A DNA stretch of 26,970 nt from Ignavibacteria bacterium (GTDB lineage Bacteria > Elusimicrobiota > Endomicrobiia > PHAN01). Each line of letters begins with the position of its first letter. Position 1 is the stretch's first letter. Made by a program: the position numbers and the translations under genes. The notes beneath the pieces were generated by a model. It had not been told where the DNA came from, ran no database searches, and worked only from the letters and a program-made list of their open reading frames with translations. The stretch spans positions 1-26,970 of the forward strand of contig JBGFRZ010000008.1 in the NCBI GenBank assembly GCA_041694835.1. Direction: 5' to 3'. Below are positions 19,450 through 26,633 of the stretch, piece by piece.

Positions 19450-20241
19450 TTATTTTATTCCAAGAATCTCTAACCTTTCTTTTGCTGCATTTCTTACAGA
19501 TTCTTCTTTATCATCTAACTTTTTTTTCAAGAGTGGAATAATCCTTTCTTTATCAGTAGCGCCATAGATTAAACTCAATGAAGTGATTGACTGGACTCTT
19601 ATTACTGGATTTAAATTATCTAGTCCTTTTAAGAAACATTGATAAATTTCTTCTTTTGCCGAATAATTCGTCAACGCATTAGATGCCTGCAGCCGCACTC
19701 CAACTGCTTCTTTTTCATTCAAAAACGTCTCTATTAAACTTGGGACAACTGATTCATCCTTAGAATAACCCAAACTATAAGCAGCAGAAAAACGGACATC
19801 AGCACTCAAATCAGTCTTCAGTAAATTTACAATCTCCTTTACAGTCATACTATCCTGGTGCACAGATAATGCTTCAACTACTCTGGCTCTTATGTATGGT
19901 CTCTTTTGTGCTTTCAGTTCTTTCAATAATTCAGCAGTTGCATTTTTATCTCTTGCTTTACCCAATTTCTCAATAGCACATAACTTTTTACTTATGTCTT
20001 TACTTTTCAAATTTGATATTTCCGTCACAATCAGGTCAGGTTTGACATCTGTTGATGTCTCAACCTGCCACAGGCGGGACATTTCTTGTTTAATTTTTTC
20101 CTGGCCAGAAATCTGTCCAACTGATCCAAAAATCAGCATCAAATAAACTAAATATCCACCCAGGTTCAGGTTCGTCCCCCACCAGCGGCGGGTGGATAGA
20201 CATTTCAATTTCTTAAATTTATGCCAATTATCTGTTTCCAT
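19450..20241 (-). CDS. Exported HEAT-repeat protein (263 aa)
   Basis: Repeats IRARVVEAL, VRFSAAYSLG, VRLQASNAL, IRVQSITSL, LDDKEESVRNAA. Hydrophobic signal-like segment GGYLVYLMLIFGSVG. Confidence 0.9.
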   Translation of the reverse strand: METDNWHKFKKLKCLSTRRWWGTNLNLGGYLVYLMLIFGSVGQISGQEKIKQEMSRLWQVETSTDVKPDLIVTEISNLKSKDISKKLCAIEKLGKARDKNATAELLKELKAQKRPYIRARVVEALSVHQDSMTVKEIVNLLKTDLSADVRFSAAYSLGYSKDESVVPSLIETFLNEKEAVGVRLQASNALTNYSAKEEIYQCFLKGLDNLNPVIRVQSITSLSLIYGATDKERIIPLLKKKLDDKEESVRNAAKERLEILGIK

Positions 20242-20410
20242 CTTCTTTTGCTTTTTTGATTACTTGATAGACCCTTTCTTCTTTAACCCGCCGACAGAGA
20301 CAACAGATTGCATGGGCACGAAGGTCTTCATTTGTATTTTCACTTGCCTCCAAAAGTACATGTTCATATATCCAACATAGCGATTGCAGATATTTTATCC
20401 CGAGTATGCA
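20228..20410 (-). pseudogene. Remnant of a second HEAT-repeat gene
   Basis: One frame reads VLLEASENTNEDLRAHAICCL...KEERVYQVIKKAKED, a HEAT-like pattern with no credible own start. An alternative 35-aa frame (20260-20367, MNMYFW...GSIK*) is ATGA-coupled to the HicB-like gene. Confidence 0.5.
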
Positions 20411-20591
20411 CGTCAAGGAAAACAACATCAAGCGCCGCCTCTTTGTCGTGAACAAAACAAAGCAGCCGTCGATGAGCATTCATAAGCGCTTCGTCCATTG
20501 TGTCGCCGACGCCGAAAACGGTTCTGACACTCGTGCAGCACGCAAAGTATTTTCCATTTGACATTCTCTTTACGGCAACGGGATATATCAT
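20364..20591 (-). CDS. HicB-like antitoxin N-terminal-domain protein (75 aa), no adjacent HicA
   Basis: SD GAGG; MIYPVAV...GKYFA...GDTMDEALMNA matches the HicB pattern YPxx...GxYxA...GxTxEEAxxNA. Confidence 0.65.
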   Translation of the reverse strand: MIYPVAVKRMSNGKYFACCTSVRTVFGVGDTMDEALMNAHRRLLCFVHDKEAALDVVFLDVHTRDKISAIAMLDI

Positions 20592-20701
20592 AGTTTATGC
20601 CTCAATCAACATGCGCGGGTCAACAAAACGGCATTCGACGCCGCTGTGCCGTACACGCAGGGATGAATACTGAAAAAACATTTTACTGGCTTATTTTGCG
20701 G

Positions 20702-20725
20702 TTTCTTCGCTTAAAGGCGAAGAAA
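20702..20725. promoter_or_regulatory. 9-bp hairpin just downstream of the leader ORF stop
   Basis: TTTCTTCGC-ttaaag-GCGAAGAAA. There is no U-tract on the minus strand, so it is not a classic terminator. Confidence 0.45.
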
Positions 20726-20738
20726 TATAGGGGGGTTC

Positions 20739-21227
20739 TTAACAGCGGAGGACTTCTAATGTTTGTTCAACGGCAGGGGGCTGCCGGTATTTTTCGCTTA
20801 AAACTCCAATGAGATGCGCCATCGGAATTATGAGCAATAGGACAAGTTTTACGATGATTTTTTCAAATTTGTTGATGGCAAAAACATCATGCGCCATGTC
20901 AACGATAATTGTTTTGTGGCAAAATGGTTTGAATGTCGAGAAATCGACGAGTGCCCTTTCGACAGAGACTTTAACATTTTTGACAGAATTAAGCTCTCTC
21001 ACCATTAGCATCTGGTAAAGCGTTATTACGAAAAGGCCTCGCAGTTGGCTGGTGGCGGATGGATTTTTAATTATTCTGTTGAGGCTGTCGCGGACATCTA
21101 TATCTTCGGTTATCGCTGATTCGGATATGTCGTTAAATAAAAAAACCGAACTTCCCACGGCAATTCCTTTATCGCCGAAAAGTCCGGTTAAAATTGTAAG
21201 GATAAAAAATATTTTTAAGGTCATCAT
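20739..21227 (-). CDS. 162-aa hypothetical exported/membrane protein, first gene after the riboswitch
   Basis: SD AAAGGT 6 nt before the ATG at 21227. N-terminal MMTLKIFFILTILTGLFG signal-like segment, second hydrophobic stretch IIVKLVLLLIIPMAHLIGVL, ends RQPPAVEQTLEVLRC*. Confidence 0.7.
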   Translation of the reverse strand: MMTLKIFFILTILTGLFGDKGIAVGSSVFLFNDISESAITEDIDVRDSLNRIIKNPSATSQLRGLFVITLYQMLMVRELNSVKNVKVSVERALVDFSTFKPFCHKTIIVDMAHDVFAINKFEKIIVKLVLLLIIPMAHLIGVLSEKYRQPPAVEQTLEVLRC

Positions 21228-21228
21228 A

Positions 21229-21324
21229 ATAATACCTTTGGCAACCTGCCAATCAAGGGCAAGCCCTTGACGCATCGGCTTTGCGTCCCCCGATTACTCG
21301 GGGTTTGCTATTAACAGGTATTAT
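21229..21324 (-). ncRNA. GEMM-I (c-di-GMP-I family) riboswitch, A20 variant
   Basis: Minus strand: ATAATACCT-GTTAATA-GCAAA-CCCCGA-GTAA-TCGGGG-GACGCAAAGCC...TCAAGGG-CTTG-CCCTTGA...GGTTGCC-AA-AGGTATTAT. It has the GCAAACC, GNRA loop, GGACGCAAAGCC and GGTTRCC hallmarks and a perfect 9-bp P1. Confidence 0.9.
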
Positions 21325-21332
21325 ATCGGTAT

Positions 21333-21363
21333 AATATATAGCAAAAAAAAAGAGATTTGTCAA
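21333..21363 (-). promoter_or_regulatory. Sigma70-type promoter for the riboswitch/giant-gene operon
   Basis: TTGACA (21363-21358), 17-nt spacer ending TGC, then TATATATT. It lies ~10 nt upstream of riboswitch P1. Confidence 0.7.
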
Positions 21364-21402
21364 GGGTTTTTTTAACATTGCTGTCGGATTGTTGCCACAT
21401 CG

Positions 21403-21604
21403 CTAATCGACGGATGACAGCACAAGAGCATATCTGTAAGCGGTATCTTCTTCAAGTTCTCTTTTTGCGCATCGTAGAGCATCCTTTTTCCCGTAGAATT
21501 TTCCCGCCGGTATTTCGCAGGTTATCATCTTCATCGGATATCTGCACTGTCTTACAAGCGCAATTTTTCCACCTGCGATGATAAAGTTTTTCTTTGAAAT
21601 TCAT
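21403..21604 (-). pseudogene. Degraded Nudix hydrolase (ADP-ribose pyrophosphatase/NudF-like) fragment
   Basis: GKIALVRQCRYPMKMITCEIPAGKFYGKKDALRCAKRELEEDTAY...* resembles LVRQYRYP...EIPAGK...CAxRELEEETGY. The start MNFKEKL is out of frame, the Nudix box is mutated and the C-terminal half is missing. Confidence 0.8.
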
Positions 21605-21635
21605 CTTTGAATTATGAGACCGCTGAAAAACCTCA

Positions 21636-22130
21636 CCTTTTTTATTTTTGGACGCAGCTCAACGCAGATGAAAAAAGATTTGAACCACGAAAGCGTGAAA
21701 ACACGAAAATACTTGTAAAGAATTTTGTGATTTCTAATTTTCGTGATTTCGTGGTAAAATTTTTAATCTGCGATAATCCTGTAAATCTGCGTCCTAAAAA
21801 ATAATTGAACGCAGATGAACGCGGAAACAACTTTGATAAACGCAGATTAAAGCAACTATAAACTCATCTGCGAAAATCCGCGTCCTATTCCTACTCCGCT
21901 TTTTTATTTTTGAACGCAGCTCAATGCCGATGTTGACAAGATTGACATATCTACCAAATCTGCGAAAATCTGCGTCCTAAAAAATAATTGAACGCAGATG
22001 AAAAAAGATTTGAACCACGAAAGCACGAAAGTTGGAAACCCCCTCTATCCCCCTTTTGTAAAGGGGGAAGCGAAGCAGGGGGATTTACAGTGCCTTGTGC
22101 ACTTGTGCAGACCAAGGTCTGCAACTACAA
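21636..22130. repeat. Cluster of several palindromic REP-like families with local direct duplications
   Basis: AACGCAGAT/ATCTGCG pairs; CCACGAAA...TTTCGTGG; CCCCCTTT..AAAGGGGG; GCAGACC-AA-GGTCTGC-AACTACA. There are ~35-nt duplications at 21785/21968 and 21661/21991. Confidence 0.85.
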
Positions 22131-22357
22131 AACTTGTGCTTTGTTGCAAAAAATTTCTTACACATTTTTTTGCGTCTTGTGTGGTAGAAGAACTTTTTCA
22201 ACACTCTCATTATACAAAATTTTTGAAGCGGATTGAAATGTTCAAATCGCGTTCACAAGGAATAAAGGCAACTTTTATTACACGATAAACTCTGACGAAC
22301 AAAGTTATAAATTTCAGAATAAACTTAAAGACGCTTATTCAAAACTCCCGGGTGGGG

Positions 22358-22386
22358 TTGACATCGACTCTATTTTTGTGTATAAT
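22358..22386 (+). promoter_or_regulatory. Consensus sigma70 promoter of the rimP operon
   Basis: TTGACA 22358-22363, 17 nt, TATAAT 22381-22386. Confidence 0.9.
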
Positions 22387-22409
22387 ATATTGTAAGTTGA
22401 AGAGCGGTC

Positions 22410-22438
22410 AAATCCCGAAAAGCGGGATTTTTTATTTT
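22410..22438 (+). terminator. Terminator-like hairpin in the rimP leader (probable attenuator)
   Basis: AAATCCCG-aaaag-CGGGATTT followed by TTTATTTT, between the promoter and the rimP ATG. Confidence 0.7.
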
Positions 22439-22444
22439 GATAAA

Positions 22445-22924
22445 ATGAGCAAAGCGGAAGAGATAGAAAAAATTATCGCCCCGGCCGTGGAGGCGGCGGG
22501 CTTTGAAGTCGTTGATATCCAGTTTCTTCCGGAAGCCGGAAGATGGGTCCTCAGGATTTTCATAGACTCGCTGGAAGGCCAAAGGCCTGTCACGCTTGAC
22601 GACTGCCAGAAAGTCAGCGGCGTCGTCGCTGAAACCATGGAGAATTCCGATATAATCAAAGGCGGATATTCTCTTGAAGTTTCCTCGCCCGGAATAGAAA
22701 GAACCTTGAGAAAGGAAAAACATTTCATAAGATTTACGGGTAAGACTATAAAAGTCACGACTTGCGCCCCGATAGAAAATCAGAGGAACTTTACGGGAAA
22801 GATTGTCGGTTTTGAGAACGGAACGCTCACTATTGAACTTGACAGGAAAAGGAGCTTTTCCGTAGATTTAAAACAGATAGCAAGGGCAAAGCTCGTGCCC
22901 GAAATTCAGGCGGAGAAATTATGA
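22445..22924 (+). CDS. rimP: Ribosome maturation factor RimP
   Basis: VLRIFID, TLDDC, YSLEVSSPGIERTL motifs. ATG 22445 preferred because the ORF-track GTG lies upstream of the promoter. ATGA overlap with nusA. Confidence 0.96.
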   Translation: MSKAEEIEKIIAPAVEAAGFEVVDIQFLPEAGRWVLRIFIDSLEGQRPVTLDDCQKVSGVVAETMENSDIIKGGYSLEVSSPGIERTLRKEKHFIRFTGKTIKVTTCAPIENQRNFTGKIVGFENGTLTIELDRKRSFSVDLKQIARAKLVPEIQAEKL

Positions 22925-24174
22925 CCACAAAAAGCGAATTGCTCATAATAATGGAGCAGCTTGAAAGAGACAAGGGAATCAAAAAAGAGGAGCTTATCAA
23001 TCTCCTTGAAAGCGCCATAATATCCGCATACAAAAAGCAACATGGCAAAGATATAAACGCGGAAGCGGCTATAGACCCGGAAACGGGCAGGATATCCGCT
23101 CATCTTGTTAAAAATGTGGTGGAAGAAGTTTTAAATCCCTTGCACGAAATATCTGTTGGTGAGGCGAAAAGGCACGCACCGGAAGTGAAAGCCGGCGAGA
23201 TTTTAAAGATACCGCTCGATGTAAATGAGTTTTCGAGGATAGCGGCTCAAACCGCCCGCCAAATAATAGTTCAAAAGATTCGGGAGAAGGAAAAAGAGGC
23301 CATAGTGGCGGAATACTCCAAAAAAGTGGGCGAAATTATGGGCGGAAATGTTTTTAAACTCCTCGGCAGAACGATAGTAGTTGATTTGGGAAAAGCGGAG
23401 GGCATTTTGCCTCCGGACGAGCAAATCCCGGGAGAAAAACTTGCAATTGGAAGACACGTAAGGGCGCTGCTTTTAAAAATAGAGGCGGGGCCAAAAGACC
23501 ACCAGATAATACTTTCGAGAAAAGACCCGCAGTTCGTGAGAAAATTATTCGAAGTTGAGATACCCGAGATATATGAGAAAGTAGTTGATATCGTAAAACT
23601 CGACAGAGAGGCCGGTCTCAGAACGAAGATAATAGTCGAGTCCAAAAACCTCAGGGTGGATGCTGTAGGAGCGTGTATCGGGGTACGGGGAGCGAGGATC
23701 AGACCCATAATAGACGAGCTGGGCGGCGAGAAAGTAGACCTCATACACAACACAAAAGACATCCTTAAACTAATTGAGGAATCCATAAGTCCCGCAAAAA
23801 ACGTTCGGATAGATATAATTTCAGCCGAAGCGAAATCGGCCGAAATCGTAGTACCCGACAGCATGCTTTCGGTGGCCGTTGGAAAATTCGGCCACAACAT
23901 ACGAATGGCATCAAGGCTGACGGGATGGAATCTTACCGTAGTGACGGAGGCGGCAAAAAAACAAAAAGAAGAACAGTCGACGCAAGAAATCAAAGTCGAA
24001 ATCTCAAAGGTTCCGGGGATAGGAGAAAAAACCGCAGAGATACTCAAGAAAGCCGGGTTCGACAGCATAAAGAAAATAGCTGAAGCGAGCCCCAAAGAGC
24101 TTATTGCCCTTCAGGGGATAGGAGAAAAAACCGCAGAAAAAATAATAAAAGCCGCAAAAGAGTCCGGGAAATAG
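22921..24174 (+). CDS. nusA: Transcription termination/antitermination factor NusA with C-terminal HhH pair
   Basis: RIAAQTARQ, S1 domain, GACIGVRGARI and AVGKFGHNIRMASRLTGW KH motifs. Confidence 0.98.
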   Translation: MTTKSELLIIMEQLERDKGIKKEELINLLESAIISAYKKQHGKDINAEAAIDPETGRISAHLVKNVVEEVLNPLHEISVGEAKRHAPEVKAGEILKIPLDVNEFSRIAAQTARQIIVQKIREKEKEAIVAEYSKKVGEIMGGNVFKLLGRTIVVDLGKAEGILPPDEQIPGEKLAIGRHVRALLLKIEAGPKDHQIILSRKDPQFVRKLFEVEIPEIYEKVVDIVKLDREAGLRTKIIVESKNLRVDAVGACIGVRGARIRPIIDELGGEKVDLIHNTKDILKLIEESISPAKNVRIDIISAEAKSAEIVVPDSMLSVAVGKFGHNIRMASRLTGWNLTVVTEAAKKQKEEQSTQEIKVEISKVPGIGEKTAEILKKAGFDSIKKIAEASPKELIALQGIGEKTAEKIIKAAKESGK

Positions 24175-24195
24175 CGAATAATTAAGAAGGCGATT

Positions 24196-26400
24196 ATGAC
24201 ACCAAAGAAAAAAAAGGAAGAAGAAAAAAAGAAAAAAACGACGGTTAGAAAAACCGCAGAGAAGCCGGCGAAAAAATCGAAGGAACTAAAAGAAAAAAAA
24301 ACTCAGACAAAAATAAAATCGAAAACCAAGAAAATAAAAACCATCGGTTCTAAACCCGCGAAAAAAACCGCGGCGGCGATTAAATCTGTAGCGATGCCCG
24401 TTGAAGTTCAAAAAGAGATTACGCCTCCTGAAAAGCCGACGGTTAAAAAAAGAGCCGCCGCAAAAAAGAAAGAATCGCCCGCACTTGCAGAGATACCTCC
24501 AAAGTCTGCAGAAATACAGGCGAAGCCGAAAGAAGTAAAAAAGGAAGTTGCAAAGATTCCAAAAATTGAAGTCGAAGAAAAAAAGCCGAAGGAGCCAGGT
24601 GTTCCCTCTCCGATAAAAAAAGAGGAAACGACCACAATAGAAAAACCGCCCGAAGTCCCTGTTAAAATCCAGCCGAAAGGTGTTATCCAAATAAACGAGT
24701 TTACCACAACGAAAGATTTCGCCTCAAAACTTGGGGTGTCTGCGGTTGATGTTGTAAAAAAGGCCATGGGGTTCGGCCAAATTTTAACCTTAAATCAGAA
24801 AATCGACAAAACACTGGCGGAGTTAATAGCCAATGATTACAATTTTGAGAGCAAATTCACGGCGGTGGCATCAGAGCCGACGGAGCAAAAAATAACGGGC
24901 ACAACACCGAGGGCACCCATAGTTACAGTTATGGGACATGTTGACCACGGCAAGACCACCCTTTTAGATTCTATACGGGAAAGCGACATAATATCCACTG
25001 AACACGGAGCCATCACTCAACACATAGGGGCATACAGGGTCAAAACCACAAGGGGCGATGTGGTCTTTTTGGACACGCCGGGGCACGAAGCCTTCACCGC
25101 CCTTAGAGCAAGGGGCTCGAAAGTAACAGATATAGTAATCCTGGTTGTTTCAGCCGCTGACGGCGTCATGCCTCAAACGGTGGAAGCAATCAACCACGCT
25201 AAGGCTGCGAAAGTTCCGATAATAGTGGCTATAAATAAGATAGATATACCCGGCGCAAACCCTGAAAAAGTTAAGAGCGAACTTAACCAGCACGGGCTTT
25301 CGCCTGAAGAATGGGGTGGTGACACTTTAATGGTTGAAATTTCAGCAAGAAACAACATAAACATCAATAAATTATTAGAAGCCGTACACCTACAAGCCGA
25401 TATGCTCGAACTCAAGTGCTCCCCCAACGCTCCGGCCGAGGGCACAGTTATAGAATCGAAATTAGACCATAAAAAAGGAGCTTATATCACCGTAATGGTG
25501 AGAAACGGAACGTTAAAGATAGCCGACGCATTCGTGGCAGGAGAATCCTATGGAAAAGTCAGGGCGATGTTCGATGAATTCGGCCAAAAACAAAACGAGG
25601 CCAAACCGTCCACGCCAATTGCCATAATGGGAGCGAACTCGCTGCCATCGCCGGGTGACAGATTTTACATCGTCGAAAGTGAAAAAGACGCCCGGGAAAT
25701 CACCGACAAACTCAAACTTTCAATTAAAGAATTTGCCCGAAAACCCCTTAAGGTTTTGGGGCTTGGTGATTTTGACAGAAGAGACGAAAAAATCCTGAAA
25801 ATAATCCTAAAAGCGGATGTGCTTGGGTCGCTTGAAGCGATAAGCGAATACATAGAAAAAATAGAACATCCCGAATTTAAAATCCATATAATTCATGCGG
25901 GCGTTGGAACAATCACTGAGTCCGACATAAATCTCGCCAGGACCACCGGCTCCGCAATAATCGGTTTCAACGTGAAATCGGATTCCCATCTTCAATCAAT
26001 TGCAGAGAGGCATGGGATTGAAATAAGACTCTACAGGGTTATATACGAGCTTTTCGACGATATCAAAAAGGCGCTTGAGGGTCTGCTTGAGCCGAAACTT
26101 CAAGAGGCTGTCACAGGAAAAGCCGAAGTGAGAAAAATAATGAAGATAACAAAAGTTGGAATCGTCGCCGGCAGCTATGTCGTAGAGGGTAAGATGACAA
26201 GAAACACAAAATGCCGACTTATCCGCGACGGCGCGATAATATACGACGGCAGGATATCTTCGTTAAGGAGATTCAAGGAAGACGTGCAAAGCGTGGAAAA
26301 AGGCTTCGAATGCGGCATAACGTTTGAGAACTTTCAGGACATTAAAGAAAACGATATAATTGAAACATACACCGTAGAAAAAGTTAAGAGATTTTTGTAA
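24196..26400 (+). CDS. infB: Translation initiation factor IF-2
   Basis: [34 protein letters not shown]...GFECGI. Lys/Pro-rich N-terminus. Confidence 0.99.
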   Translation: MTPKKKKEEEKKKKTTVRKTAEKPAKKSKELKEKKTQTKIKSKTKKIKTIGSKPAKKTAAAIKSVAMPVEVQKEITPPEKPTVKKRAAAKKKESPALAEIPPKSAEIQAKPKEVKKEVAKIPKIEVEEKKPKEPGVPSPIKKEETTTIEKPPEVPVKIQPKGVIQINEFTTTKDFASKLGVSAVDVVKKAMGFGQILTLNQKIDKTLAELIANDYNFESKFTAVASEPTEQKITGTTPRAPIVTVMGHVDHGKTTLLDSIRESDIISTEHGAITQHIGAYRVKTTRGDVVFLDTPGHEAFTALRARGSKVTDIVILVVSAADGVMPQTVEAINHAKAAKVPIIVAINKIDIPGANPEKVKSELNQHGLSPEEWGGDTLMVEISARNNININKLLEAVHLQADMLELKCSPNAPAEGTVIESKLDHKKGAYITVMVRNGTLKIADAFVAGESYGKVRAMFDEFGQKQNEAKPSTPIAIMGANSLPSPGDRFYIVESEKDAREITDKLKLSIKEFARKPLKVLGLGDFDRRDEKILKIILKADVLGSLEAISEYIEKIEHPEFKIHIIHAGVGTITESDINLARTTGSAIIGFNVKSDSHLQSIAERHGIEIRLYRVIYELFDDIKKALEGLLEPKLQEAVTGKAEVRKIMKITKVGIVAGSYVVEGKMTRNTKCRLIRDGAIIYDGRISSLRRFKEDVQSVEKGFECGITFENFQDIKENDIIETYTVEKVKRFL

Positions 26401-26404
26401 AAGC

Positions 26405-26621
26405 AGTATGTAGTATGTTGTATGTAGTAGGTGGGGAAAACGGATGTAAGAAGCCAAGAAATTAGGAAACAAAAATAAATTTCTGAATTTCGTAAACATC
26501 TGCGAACATATTTCGCGATACCCCGATTTATCGGGGGAGAACATATTTCCATTTATTTCAGTTATCTGATTTTCACTTTCCGTTCCTCCCCCTCTATACT
26601 ACATACTGCCTACTACATACT
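26405..26621. repeat. Nested inverted repeat with heptamer (AGTATGT)n / (ACATACT)n arms
   Basis: AGTATGTAGTA (26405-26415) pairs perfectly with TACTACATACT (26611-26621), and pairing continues inward. Internal palindrome CCCCGATTTATCGGGG at 26521-26536. Confidence 0.85.
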
Positions 26622-26633
26622 ATCCACTAAACC

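Noticed and set aside
20228-20812. Complete HicAB toxin-antitoxin module
   Set aside because: No HicA-like ORF (basic ~60-80 aa with a GSH motif) on either side.
21228-21275. ORF-track start at 21275 for the 178-aa ORF
   Set aside because: It lies inside the riboswitch aptamer. ATG 21227 has the SD and gives a signal-like N-terminus.
21636-22130. Possible CRISPR array
   Set aside because: The repeats are irregularly spaced, occur in both orientations, have no uniform spacers, and there are no cas genes.
21607-22288. Short ORFs across the repeat cluster
   Set aside because: They are translations of palindromic repeats with no RBS or recognisable domain.
22352-22444. ORF-track GTG start for rimP
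   Set aside because: It is upstream of the promoter and leader terminator. ATG 22445 gives a normal-length RimP.
23271-24095. 274-aa antisense ORF within nusA
   Set aside because: Typical in-register shadow ORF with no promoter, RBS or domain, unlike the 18.7-kb cassette.
24015-24137. 24-nt direct repeat in nusA encoding GIGEKTAE twice
   Set aside because: Ordinary tandem helix-hairpin-helix motifs.
24196-24680. Lys/Pro-rich low-complexity IF-2 N-terminus
   Set aside because: IF-2 N-termini are commonly variable and charged.
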